Below are positions 13,647 through 27,200 of a stretch of DNA of 64,000 bases, one piece after another. The translations under genes and the position numbers were made by a program. The stretch spans positions 2,232,001 to 2,296,000 of the forward strand of contig NW_026889753.1 in assembly GCF_033153115.1 (NCBI RefSeq), in the 5' to 3' direction. This DNA is from Saccostrea echinata. Taxonomy: Eukaryota. The number at the start of each line of letters is the position of its first letter. Within the stretch, counting starts at the first letter, position 1. Under the pieces are notes generated by a model. That model saw nothing but the letters and a program-made list of their open reading frames with translations, ran no database searches and was not told the origin of the DNA.

Positions 13647-13847
13647 GCAAAAGTGTAACAGTGCGTTAGTAGCAATTTACGCGCTAGCACGAAGTGACAA
13701 CGCAAAAGTGTAACAGTGCGTTAGTAGCAATTTACGCGCTAGCACGAAGTGACAACGCAAAAGTGTAACAGTGCGTTAGTAGCAATTTACGCGCTAGCAC
13801 GAAGTGACAACGCAAAAGTGTAACAGTGCGTTAGTAGCAATTTACGC
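13647..13847. repeat. 55-bp tandem minisatellite, ~3.6 identical copies
   Basis: Unit GCAAAAGTGTAACAGTGCGTTAGTAGCAATTTACGCGCTAGCACGAAGTGACAAC starts at 13647, 13702, 13757 and 13812. Confidence 0.95.
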
Positions 13848-14049
13848 CGGCGCGTAGTCACTTTGCGCTAACGCGTTATAAATTGCAAAGGTGCAATGCT
13901 AACACACAACACGCCATCACGCTAGATCGCAACTTTACACAAGACGCTGTCGCGCTTACACAAATCACGCCGTCACACTAAACCAACTTTATACAATGGA
14001 TTGTGTTTTAGCGCGACGGCGTGTTGTATAAAGTTGCGACTAGAATGTC

Positions 14050-14500
14050 AAAAATATTAAAAACTGAATAATGATTCTGAAGAATTTCATCCTTTGAAAG
14101 GGAACCGTGAGTTTAAGTTGGATTTTACAGATGTGTGTTAAAGCCAAGTTCTTATAAAATCCAGTTGTAATAATGCGCTTTACAAAATTTGTTACAAGCC
14201 TGCTGGAACTATAACATATTGTTCATGTAATCTTCCTAATTCCTTTATCACTTCCACTTTTAATTGAAAACGCAAGGATAGATGGTATGTTTTTGTCTTT
14301 TATTTTTCTACTTACGATTGTTAGTATACTTCTAAAACACATAATTCATTTTGACAATCTGTCGAGGTTTTCCCCTTCATCGTCTATCGTCTAATTCGAA
14401 ATTCATAATTGATATGACGTTTTGGCGCCTTGTGTGAAAGATCATGGCTCTCTGAATTTCTGATCTTTTAAAATGATTGCATTTAGGCCGCCATTTTCAA
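14050..14500 (-). mobile_element. Degraded Penelope-like retroelement fragment
   Basis: Paralogous to 16100-16500 (remnant coding for VPADKACNN...AHYYN-type peptide); frameshifted. Confidence 0.55.
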
Positions 14501-15739
14501 CTATATTCAATATCAGTAATACTAGTAATGTCTCCAGAAGGACCATATCTAAGAATATATAAAATTAAGGATAATTTTATTTTAGATGGTCAATATCTAG
14601 GCACTGTAGGATTAGTTGTAATTGAAAGATTTGCTGCAAAGGTTGAGGAATATCTGTAGGAAATGCAGGATGTAGTCTTAAAATATGAATGCACTAGACT
14701 TTTTATGATTAAGATTGTCACTAATATTTACAGCATCTATTTCTTTTTTTTTTTTTGAAAACAATATGAGACAAAGGTATAATGCAGAATTTTCGTGAAT
14801 AAATATTTCTGGAAGAAAATTTGAATCATTAATCTACATATTATATCAGAAAAGTATATATGCCTAATGCTACTGAAAAACTAGAATAAAATTTAATTGC
14901 AGATTTCCTAACACAAATAGCTCTCTAATTATCTTCATTATATCTGTATGTGTTTTGAAAATCTTGAAGAGGGGAATGGATATATATCTTGAATTTCAGT
15001 TCCTAAAAACTTTCTACTTACCCATTTGTCCATTTGTCCACCGTTCGTTCATTGTTTGTTCACATTTTGCGTTCACCAGCCACTCGCCTTCACCATTCAC
15101 AAAGCGTTCAGCGTTCGCTCACCGTGCGTCATCATGCGTTCAGCGTTTACTCATCGTTCAGTCTTTGTTTCTCCTTTGTCATTCCGAACTCCAAAGTGAA
15201 GGAATCAATTCTTCTTAAATGAAAAAGGAGTGAGTGCGCAAGGGTTACAGGTTTAGAAATAATATAAATGGACATTTCTGAAAAAATATTATCTACAATA
15301 ATATTTATTCAAATACTATGTTGTTGTAAATATATTTTGTTAGAAAGATGTTGAAAGATTAGATAAAAATACGGCAATATGCATACATGTATTTCAATCA
15401 TCGCGAAATCTTATTACGTGGCATAGGCCCTGTTATTCTTCAGTGTAAGATGTTAAAAAGATTTTTCTACTCTTTCTTCAAATGAAAAATTTTGACTTCG
15501 CTTTGTGGCTCCTGCCTAGTACAAAGGGGTTATGATTTAAACAGCTTGAATCCACAAAACATTGGGATGCTTTAATGTCAATTATTTGACTAGCATGGCA
15601 TTGCTGTTCTTGAGACAAAGAATTTTAAATATTTTTATTTTCCTGTACTCTAGCATTATGATGTAGATTTTTTTATGCTATGAATAATACCAATGTTTCA
15701 CATGTGTTTTACCGGCTATGATTTTTTTTTTCAAATAAC

Positions 15740-16640
15740 GAAAGCCTTGTTTTTTTATTTATCTTGAGGAAGGTTGTATAAAGTGTAGAAAAGTCGGACG
15801 ATTTGATGTTACTGACATGAAACATTGTAAATTTTCTAAATTGAGAATCCGAATCTGATTTACATTACTTCTAGAATACGCTGTAGCACAGTACGTCTGA
15901 AGTTTCTCCTTTACAGCAGTTAATATTTTTGGAAGGAGTAAAGGGGCTTGGTGGAGCATTTGGTGGACCCGGCAATGTATCTTTGTTTGTAAGGATTTTT
16001 ATGAAGTTTTGGAATCCAGTATAGGTAGGGTAGATCGAACTCACCTTGGTTGACTGAAATGTTAAAAGTATCAAACACTGAAACATGATTTTGAAGAAAA
16101 TTAACTTTGGAAAGTAAACAACAAGTGTGATTTGGATTTCCAGACGTAGAATTAAATCCACATTCTTCTAAAATACAGTTATAATAATGGGCATTGCAAA
16201 CAAAAACGATATTGTTACAAGCCTTGTCGGCTGGAACCGTATAACATATCGTTCATGAACTTTTTCTAATCCTTTTTTCACCTTCTATTTAGTAAAAACG
16301 GAAGGGTAGATGGTTCGCATATTGCCTTTTGTATTTCTTAATATACGATTCTTTAATGTATTTCCAATACACTTAATTCATTCTGACAAAGTGTTTAGAT
16401 CCACCTTTTCATATTTAACAAAACGAGTGGCATAATCTCCTACAAAATTCATAAAAGAATTGAAGTTCTGCCGCCAATTGATAGATCGGGGCCCCCTGTA
16501 TTTAATTGCTTTTAGGTCTTCATTTTCAACTATATCGACATCATCAGTAATGACGTGTCCAGCGGGATGTAGTTGAAAGAAGAAGTGCAAGAACACTTAA
16601 GAGGGTTTTGTTTTAGATATTCAGTATCCAGGCACTGTAA
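15740..16640 (-). mobile_element. Degraded Penelope-like retrotransposon reverse-transcriptase fragment
   Basis: Frameshifted remnants VPADKACNNIVFVC, HKNPYKQRYIAG, KILTAVKEKLQTYCATAYSRS and DFSTLYTT. Confidence 0.7.
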
Positions 16641-16679
16641 GGTTCGTTTATACGTGAGAAGTTTGGAGGCTACAGTTTG

Positions 16680-16978
16680 TTTTTGTTTGTTTATTGTTGA
16701 ACGTCCCTCTCGAGAATTTTTCACTCATATGGAGACGCCACCACTTGCCGGTGGAGAGCTGCAAATTTTGACCTATACTCGGCACTTAGGGCCATTGAAC
16801 AGTTAGGGATCTTTTTCGTGGCAGCACCTACTGCGACACGGGACCTCGGTTTATACGGTCTCATCCGAAGGACCGGTCTCCACGTCCTACAGTGGGATTC
16901 GAAACCGCGACGTAAGGATCAACTCCTTACTCCGCTACTCTAGAGCGAACGCTCTAACCACTGCGCCACTTTGGCGAC
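16680..16978 (-). mobile_element. tRNA-derived SINE (Deu/Nin-type core)
   Basis: Head with box A (TGGCGCAGTGG) and box B (GTTTCGAATCC); core GTCCTTCGGATGAGACCGTATAAACCGAGGTCCCGTG; (AAAC)n tail; short AGTTTG duplication. Confidence 0.85.
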
Positions 16979-19701
16979 AGTTTGGGAATATCTAGATCTG
17001 TAGGAAATGCAGAGTGTAGACTTCAACTTGATATATGGTGGAATGTAAGACTTTTTATGATTAAGAATGTTACTAATGTCGACAGCATAATTTATATTCC
17101 TTTGTTGCAAATTTTAGTTTAAGGAACCGACGAGTTGAGTCATCTTGTAGGTCATGCATATAGTGGTGATTTTTCCTCGTTATGCAACCGATTTTAAACA
17201 TGTACCGCAGAAATAAATGGGGAGAAATCTTTACAATAATGAATTAAAGTATGCTTTAACCAACGTATATTCGTAAGGAAAACAGTGTTATCTACACCTC
17301 AGTGCCCAGTATAACAAGTTTAATTTGGTTGAATAATGAAGAAATCGGCGCATGTTGACTTTAAATACGAGGACCAACGGGAAATAACTCTTGCTTAAAT
17401 CTCTTCGATGGAACTGTCTATTGATTTCTCATGTATATATAAAATTTTGATGACCTAAAAAAAAAAGTCTAAATTAAAAGTTTAAATACGAGAATTTACT
17501 TAACTCTTTCGAAAGGATTTCGTATGGTATAGATATTGATGATAAACTTTGGATTTCCCTTAAACACATTGACGAAATTAATGATAACGAATATATTTAT
17601 ACATATTTTTTTTAAAAAATACTTTTTTTCCCAAAGATATTACTTTTTTCCACTTTCTCCTTTTAAAAAGCCCGTGTCACTCTCTTTATTCGGATGTTTA
17701 TGAATAATTTTAAGAGCTGTTTATCTGTATGAATACTGTTTCTATTTCTATCCTAGTCCAGAAGCAGATTGGAGTCAGTAAGAGTCAATCACCCAATTTA
17801 TTACTGAACACAAAGCAGGAAATACCGTAAGTCACAGAAGCTCAATTTAGGAAGTATCTTTTTAACTCTTCCTGGTCGTATAATGTTTTTTTTGATTGAT
17901 AAAAACACCACTATTGGTATTTGCCTCTGATACATTGCAAATTTTCAGTTGTCCTGAAAAATGGGGACTATGATTGGTATTAAGAAAGAGATGTAAAATA
18001 AACAGTAAAGAAATGTTTATCTGTTTTAATCAATGTACAATATGGGAACCCATAAAAGATTACCTACCTGTACAATTCTACTCTTTGAATATAAAATAGT
18101 CAGTAGTGTTTACATTATAGAAAAGATAAAGGACAACAATAAAAAATGGTAAATATAGAAACAAGAGGTATTTTGTTGGAGTTTCTTGGAGAATATTGTA
18201 CAGAAAAAATTATAATAAATTCACTGGAAAAATATAATCATTGGTTTTTATTGTGGATGTAATCGGAAAACACAATTATTGAATAAGTATAACTCCTTAA
18301 TTGCTCTGATAAACTTGAAAATTGATGAAACTGAGTACAACATATCAATTATGTAAAACAATATACAATATTTTAGTGTGATGTTATAAAAGTATAATAA
18401 TATACATTGTTAATATATATTTTATACAGAAATTATTTAAAATTCATGACTTACTATTGTAATTTTTTAGGTTTATTATTGTATACTTGCATCACGTTGT
18501 TTCGATGCTATTCGTAATGTTTGCATTGCTTTATACTGAAAAACAAAACACATCTAAATATGAAATCGTTCTTCATCATAATTTATTATTTTAAAAGGGT
18601 TGGACCCATATTATAAAACATCATATCTCAGAGAGAAGTTTTTCTGACGCTTTTTTTTGTTCTTTTTAAATACTTGTTTCCTGCTGCATATATATTTGTA
18701 TTTATGTGAAGCATAAAGTAATTTATAACATCTCTATCATGAAATATTAATTTTGTATTTTCCGGAATTTGTCATTCCTGCAGTTTAGTTTCTCATCTTA
18801 CAGAATCCATTACTCCTGATCACGTGATCTTTGTTTACTGTAATTTTAGAAGGGAGAAGATTTTGACTCTCCTCCTCCCCTTCATCCCCCAGTGCCAAAA
18901 TGTTTAAATGAAGCTAGTCACATCATGTTTGGACATTTTGCTCAAATTGTGTTACAGTTAATGTCAATTTAAGATTGTTACTTGTTCTTTTGTTACACAT
19001 ACCTCTTTGCAACCTTTATAAACTTGGTTCCAATATTGTTTTATTCAAGCTAGTCCCATTATTTGCCATTTTATTTTAAGTATGGGCAGCATGTTTTTTA
19101 ATCAAGTCCCATCTTTTTTGCCATTTTTTAGTCATGCATTATTGATTGTGTATACCTATACAGTTTTATATGCATAATTGTTCTACATTTATTAGGGCAA
19201 ATTTAAGATATGCACTTCATCTTGTATGTACTTTTTGGGTTGTTTTTAATTTTTTCCTTGTAACAGGTGTAACATATATTTAATATTAAACAATACTGCC
19301 GTATATTTATATTGTTTTTTACTTCATTGGCATTTGTAATAAATGCTCTTTTTCAATTCAAAGTATGTTGTCATCATCTTTTGGCAAAAAACAGAGCAGA
19401 GTAGATTCTGGTAGAAAAATGAAGAGAAGGTATTTGAAGTTAAAAAAGACGATGGTATAAATATATATTTCTCTATTTTCGAAAACATTATCTTCCTGAT
19501 AACGTTTGAAAAAAAATGTGTTTCGTCTATTTTCAGTTGAGATCGTCGCAGAACTGAAGTTATGCACCATGTAAAGCATCTTTGAGCTTCCCTGACAATC
19601 ATTGGTAGGAATATGATAGACATGCAAAGGCTATACTTTAACTTGCAGGCATGGTTTAGGTTTCAATTTCTACTAACATAAGTATAAAAGCATACTTTCA
19701 T

Positions 19702-19703
<2 letters not shown>

Positions 19704-19784
<81 letters not shown>
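19704..19784. repeat. (TA)n microsatellite
   Basis: About 40 uninterrupted TA units. Confidence 0.95.
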
Positions 19785-19790
<6 letters not shown>

Positions 19791-20046
19791 GTACCTTTTC
19801 TCTAAAAAGAAATTGTGTTTTTTACTTCCTTAGATTGCAATATACAACTATATTTGTTTCTTGATTAATTTTTAAAACAGGTAATTCAAATTAAAAAAAG
19901 GAAACTTTTGCAGGAAACTTGTTTTCTTTGGGAAATTTAACACAGTGCTAACCCATTCATTGATTACACAGTGTATACTTCAGTAATGCATTCTTTCACA
20001 ATCAAAGCTTTTTTGTTTTTGAGAGAACTTCTAGCGAAACCTTGGT

Positions 20047-20333
20047 TTGTTTGTTTGTATGTTGTTCTCATATTTTTCACTCATATGGAGACGCCACCAC
20101 TTGCTGGTGGAGAGCTGCAAATTTTGTCCTATACTCGGCACTTAGGGCCATTGAGCAGTGAGGGATCTCTTCGTGTCAGCACCTACTGCGACACGGGACC
20201 TCGGTTTATACGGTCTCATCCGAAGGACTGGTCTCCACGTCCCACAGTGGGATTCGAACCCGCGACGCAAGGATCAACTCCTTACTCCGCGACTCTAGAG
20301 CAGATGCTCTAACCACTGCGCCACGCGGGCGAC
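20047..20333 (-). mobile_element. tRNA-derived SINE, same family as 16680-16978
   Basis: Highly similar to the 16.7-kb copy; 13-bp TSD GCGAAACCTTGGT at 20034-20046 and 20334-20346. Confidence 0.9.
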
Positions 20334-20702
20334 GCGAAACCTTGGTAATTATATCAAGTGAAATGACAGTCTTCCGCATCATAAGCAGTATTAAGGAGAA
20401 TCCTTTTCCTGTATCAGCATTCTAAATACCACATTTACAGTAGTGATGTACTCAGAAAAACGAAGTTGATATGGGTAAGCTGTAACAAACAGGTTTTATT
20501 TTGAATGAAATAATGCTATTTATATAACAACTGCTCAACAGCAAATCACTGCAAAAAATCTCTAACGCTCGTCTTACAGAAAGCATTTCAAATCTCATTG
20601 ACAAATATCATTTTATAGAAAAAAATCTTTTACACAGCACATAAACTAAACGTTAAGTATAAATGCGTCGATTTTGGCTGTATACGCAGAAAGTTTTGCT
20701 TG

Positions 20703-22310
20703 TTAACAACAATACCGCTTGCTGTCTTCAAAATTATTAAGACTCAACAACATGGCCGCTCCAATAACTAATAACTTTTCTTGCGCCTTAATCTTCTTCA
20801 GAACTGAAAAATGCACAGACAGTCATTATATACTGTTAAGAACGAAGATGAAGAGAAAATTCAAACGTTACTTTAAAGTCTTTTTTTCAATACACATTTC
20901 AATTTATGTGTTAAAAGATTATTTTAAAGGTGGAATCGAAAACTCTTCTAGATAATAGATTACTCACATTCAATGTGAATTTTATTTTCAAGTCCTATCA
21001 ACTCTTTCGAATTGTGGAATGATTTCTTAACAAGTTTAGCGACAGTTTCGTCATCCCTATCTTTGATCTATAAGACAATTATGAAAAAGAGGAAGTTATA
21101 CTTCAAGTTACAGTAAAACATTTTCAATACTGACTTCGTTAAACAAGAAATTCAAACAAAGTAAACTATCCAAACAAACTTACATACACTGTGGCGTCCT
21201 TGCACCAACCGCAGTACTGGAAATAGCAGCAGTCATTTAAGAAAGTAAACAGAATTTCTCCTGTACTATCTACAATCTCAAAACTCGGTTTACAGCATGT
21301 TCGTCTGAAGAGAAATTAAATTATATATACGATGTAACATGTATCTCTTCAATATTCACTAGATTTTTTGTCATCTGAGTAAAGTTCGAACACAGTCATC
21401 TTTAGACAAGCGGATTGAATATATCTTATTGCTAATTACGTAGGAATTGGGCAGAACTTTTTAAGTAGTCGTCTTAACGACAGTTATAAATAGATAAATT
21501 CCAACCCCAAGATCAAAATTCAAGAAATCATCATGATATTTGAATTCTAAAAGGAATAGAAAAGGCGTAAAAATAATCATTTTCAATAGTTTTTTTTTTT
21601 TTTAGAGGGAAATTGTTAAGTATGGTACTTTTATGCCAGTTACATAATAGTCAAACCATTAAGGTTTAAAATTAACCTTTCTCTGACAACTCCTAGAAGT
21701 GAACGAGGCGGGTGTTTTACAATAAGTTCTGGGGTGTCACAGGAGCAAATACAGCAGCCCCTAATGGCCACCTCTCTAAGAAATCTTCCTACGTCATTGT
21801 CGCTGGCATCCTGCATACGTGTAGTTAGATCTCTCCCAGATCCAAGACACGAGCGGTATAAGCAGACAAAGGCTAGGAGAACAAAATAAACAATACATAG
21901 ATCAATCAACGAATTACATTAAAACACGCAAATGAGCTAATTTTTAGGGATGAATCCGAAGTTCATTTTCAGAATAGTTCAGATATAAAGAGAACATTTT
22001 GTGAACAAGGCTTCGATATGCACTAAGATTTTGCTTTCAACCTTTTCTTGTGGTAAGACGTGTTTAAATCAAGTTCACATTTTGTTTTAACTATTATAGG
22101 ATTTGCCAAAAACAAAAAGGCAAATTACTTAACTGAAATCGAAAATTTTATGATATACGGTTGGTATTTGGGTTGCCCAGGTGTTGGAATTATAAAAAGT
22201 TGAAGCCTTTAGCCAATACTTAACCAATTTAAAGTTTTAGTTTTTCTAAAGGGGAAAAAAGAAGAATTTCCAGTTCTTTAAATTTTGTTGATGAATTACA
22301 TCCTCCATAT

Positions 22311-22361
<51 letters not shown>

Positions 22362-23254
22362 TTTGATATGTATCATTTACGCTATTTGAATAAAAGATTT
22401 TTCATCTATGACAAAATGAAGTTTGTATATATAATACTTGTAATAAACATTGTATCAGTCACATATTTCGAGTGTAGAGTGGGAACAAATTTTAAAGTTT
22501 ACACAACTTTAATTAACAATGTATTAAATATTAAATACTCAAATATACATGCAAATATATACATGTATAGATATAATATTAGTATGAAAAGTTTAATATA
22601 TAGATATATATACCATCCGTATGAAAACATTATTTAAAAAATTCTATGCATATGCTTAAGAAATTTATATGAATTAATGTGCTTCTTAAAATAAGACAAA
22701 CATTTTCACAACTGACTTATATAAATAATTTTATGGTTAGCAATTTAATTATTGAGATATTTACGTCGTACCTTCTCTGATTTCAAATAAGAATTCCTCG
22801 GTTTCGTTTCCATTATGTACAGTGTAAGCACCTCGGCCAATACAACATGGACAAACCACTGAAAAATAGGGTTGAAAAAATAAACTAATCTGAATTTATT
22901 TGTTTATTTATAATTGGTAACTGAGAAAGTATTATAATTTTTTATTATCATATTGCAAAATACCATCATCAATGAAGAGAAATCGCTTCTTTAATTCAAC
23001 TCCTAATTTGTTATTTTAAGAACAAATTTCAGGAAATTATTTTCACGTTTATAATTCTGGTATTCAAATTATTGACACCTACATCCACAAGCAGTTATTT
23101 CTTGACTTAGAATAATCCGGTCAAGATCCTCTATTGATTCCAGTCCAGTTTCAAGCTCTGTGTTGTTACCGCCATTTTCTGCCGGACTAAGTTGAGCAGA
23201 CGGTTGTTTGGTTATTGTGGTGGTACCATCACTGGACACTCTGTTATAGGACAT
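20703..23254 (-). CDS. Phospholipid scramblase family protein, paralogue 2 (258 aa)
   Basis: Six exons 23254-23083, 22858-22772, 21872-21677, 21304-21184, 21067-20968 and 20803-20703 total 777 nt; same intron phases as paralogue 1; ends LLVIGAAMLLSLNNFEDSKRYCC*. Confidence 0.85.
22316..22357. repeat. (TA)n microsatellite
   Basis: About 20 TA units in a scramblase-2 intron. Confidence 0.9.
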
Positions 23255-24200
23255 GTCAAATCATGACGCAAGGAAAGACAAAGACTAGGATTAAATTAAA
23301 GAATGCATGTCTGTTTACAATCGTCGTTTGACAACAAGCGGGAGATAACCCGTACCTTTAAAATGGTATTTTAAAAACCAACGAGATTTATGTCTTTTCT
23401 TTAAAAAAAAAATTAGCAAAATATCCATGTTTAAAGGTGAATAGTCCAGTCAATCAACATGTTACGTGTTCCACCCTAAAAAAAAATAGCAACAGAAAAA
23501 TTTCTTCACCAGCAGTCTCCAACATCCTCCCATATAAGAAAATCCAATCGGGCAAAAGATAATTTTGCAATAACACGCCAGGCTGCCGTAGTCGCAGCTA
23601 CGCTTGTAAACAACCACAAAAATCGATTGTTAGTGTGTTTTACAAACAAAAGAAGTTAATATAAAACAAAGATTCCTTCAAGGTATTCCAAAATACAACA
23701 AAATACACATTTTATGCCCAAGTGTATAAATAATTTCAATCCAGCCAGTTGACCAAACTGCATATGTATGGGAAGCTGTTCTAATCATCACTGTTATGTA
23801 TAATTGATAATAAAACAAGTTATTTTCAATATAATTGCAGTATTAATCATGTGACAATTTTATTGAAAGCTTGTACCATGATTTTAATAAAATAAGGTCA
23901 ATTAAACACTTCACAATCGAAGAATTCTGTTCTACTGTATTGAAGGATAAATGCAACAATTTCTGCTAATAAATGTTATAATAGTTTAATTTTTAAGTGG
24001 TGAAATATATAACATTTATGATTATCAGATGTTAGAATACTAAGCTGCATATCGGTACGAACATATGCCCCCTCCCCCTTTCCTTAACCTCTCTGGATGA
24101 CAGACATAAAATTATATAGTCATGTTAAAGATTTTTTTCTAAATTTAAAAAGGAAGACACGAGTATAAGTTTCGTCACAATCAATAGACGCATTGCACAG

Positions 24201-27200
24201 ATGGTCATGTCTGTGTTGGTAGTAGCCCAGCTTCTGAGTTTGTTTATATCAAATGGGAAATGTTTACAATTGGTAAGTGGTGAAAAAGGTCAATAAGATA
24301 TAATCTTTATATTATTTTAAATGTATTTTTATGATACTTTCAAAAGTATGATTGATTTAAGTCTTATCGAAAGTCTTATGAATCGAAACTTTAAGAAAAA
24401 ATTGTGAATTAAAATTGTTAATTTAATGATGGCGTTAAAAATAATTTATATACGTAATTATTAATTTAAAAGCTAATGTTCATTTTTATGGTTTTTTTTT
24501 TTTTTTTTTTTTTTCAACCTTTCATTGAATCTTCAGTTTTTTCACTAACTGAAGTAAAGGACTGACAAACTGTAAAGAAACAACAATCATTAATCATCAT
24601 ACTGAGTATGATATGTAAAGTACAACTCAACCAGTGAACAAGAATACTGTAGTATATAATGAAATAAATGATATAATGAAATTACAAAAATGATCAAAAG
24701 ATCAACCCTGGGATTCATCATTTGATTGATTTGACCACGTGTTTCTATGTGTTGCTTTCTTTTCAAAGGACCAGCGTGTCACATGTTGTCATCTCTTGAA
24801 CAAAGAAATCAATTATTGGACAAATGTTCTGCGTTGCAGTTATTTAAAAAAATTCTATATTGAAATCAGCGCACTACTAATAATGAGATCGGTAATAAAA
24901 TTCAAAAGATTATTTTTTTCTATTATTATTAGAGAGACTTGCGATATGCGTCAAATTAATGTAATATATACGAAAGAATAATCTGTTTTTTCTTTTACAC
25001 AGAATGAAGAGGGTAAAACAGAGACGTTGTCAGTTGTAGTAGATTCCAAAACACACAGACAGACTGACATTATACAGATTATAGAACCACCGAAATCAGT
25101 TCAAGATTCACAAAGACTGAAAATATCGTACCACTGCAGCGACAATAAAGTGTTTGGGATAGAAATCATTACAAACACAGAGAGTCAGGCAAAGAAAAGA
25201 CTGTTCCACAGAGCCTGGAGATGTAAAAAGACTAAAGACATTAACAGAGTATTAACAGTAAAAGCGCATTTTCCAAAGAGATATGCGTTTAAACCAGATA
25301 TATTTCAAAAATATTACGAATTTTTGTCGGACACTAAAATCCGTGTGTGGATTTTAGATGAATGGCAATGGCAGACGGCAAAACGCCACCACGACGCGTT
25401 TATGCGAGCTTTTGTGAAAGCTAGTTATCTTGTGGAATACCCGCCACCTTTTTCCAGACCAAGAAGAAATTTTGAAGATGTTTGTGTACCATGGAACACT
25501 CAATTACTTTTTGATATGTTCTTAAAATTGATACCGAAATGCTCACACGAAGAAGGTATGCTACATTTCACAGTCTATACATTGGTCTATCTAAGATATA
25601 TTAGGCATGTAATGATAAATGTTTTTTTTGTAGATTCTGTCGAGATTATAAAGTTCCCGGCTGTGATGACTGGCCTTCCTTACGGTATTGTGAGAACCTT
25701 TCAACCTTACAAAGACCCTGAGCTAGAAAATGGGAGGCGGTTAATGCTACAGAGTCCAAGGTAAAAGTCTTATTGCTATCAATGACGATTATTTTTTCGA
25801 CTTCTATAATCTATACACGAATAACAAGGTGTCTAGTCCCAAATGGAAGCTTTGTGAATTTGTATTACCCAACTCAGTTACCGATACTTATAAATCTTTT
25901 TTCATAGTTGCATGTTTAGGCGTTCAGGAAAATAAAATAGTTTTGAGCTAGTAATGCCTTATATATGCCAAATCCATTTTCACAAACAAAAATAAATGTT
26001 TTCCCTTTTCTCTTTAGTTTTACACTGTCTGTGTGGTTGTATGTGTTGGAATACTGTCGAGACGGACTATGTGGCATCATCACTCGAATAGACAAGATGT
26101 CACGTTATCTGACGCCATTGATTTTTCTGACGAAAGATGGTAATCCATCAACATATCAGTTTTAAATCTGTCATCAAAAGTGGATGGTGTAAATGTTGTT
26201 TGGTGTTTGAATGCAAGATATCTTTACATGTTGTGGAGGGGTCTTTGGTGAAATGAACGAAAGTCTTTGCCTTGTTTAGACAAAGAATCTTAAGATTCCT
26301 CAGCAAATTTGGTGAAAAATGCATATTTTATATGTTCTTGATTTTATTTTATAAATAGATTGGAACACTTTTCAAATGGACATAGAAAGATAACAACAAT
26401 AATAATGAAACCGTTACGGTAGCTCAGTCGGTAGAACGCTCGCTCCGTGATCAGAAGGTCGTGAGTTCGAATCTCGGTCGTGACTGACCTAAGTCGATAC
26501 AAAATAGGTGGCAACTGTTCCTTCGCCAAGTGCTCGGCACTTTGAAGTGAAAGTTGCGGGTCCTTCGGACGATACCTTAAAAAACCGAGGCCCCGTTTCA
26601 CGGCAGGCGTCGGAACGATAAAGATCCCTCACTGTTCAATAGCACAGAGTGCCGAGTAAAGGTCTAAATTTAAAGCCCTTCGCCGGTACATGGTGACGTC
26701 TCAATATGAGAGAAAAATTCTTGAAGAGAACGTTAAACAACATACAATCAATCAATAATAATGAATATTATAAAGTGACAGATTTCCTAAAAAGTTTTAA
26801 CAGCTTTAAACTTACATGACTCGCTAGTTTTAAATGTAAAAGTACTCAGACTACTCAGTATTGAAACGTTGAAGATTATCTTTGATCCTGTTACATACTG
26901 TAGGGAGTTTCCACATTCAGATCACCCAACCTCATGGACAAGATATAGCAGCTATCACTAATTTCAACGTACCTCTGCACCAATGGTTTAGATTCGTCTT
27001 TACTCTTGATAACCAAATGGTAATATAAAAATGAAGAAATAAATTGAATGAGACTGCAATACATTCCTGTGTCTTTTTGTTCATTCACATTATTTAAGAA
27101 AATATCATTAAATTGCTGTTTTATTCTAAAAACAATATTATTATAGGATATAATGCATAAATTTTCAGTGGACAATAACATTTCATCATGGATCGGGTTT

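Noticed and set aside
17100-19700. Possible gene between the scramblases
   Set aside because: Only short AT-rich ORFs; no consistent exon chain found.
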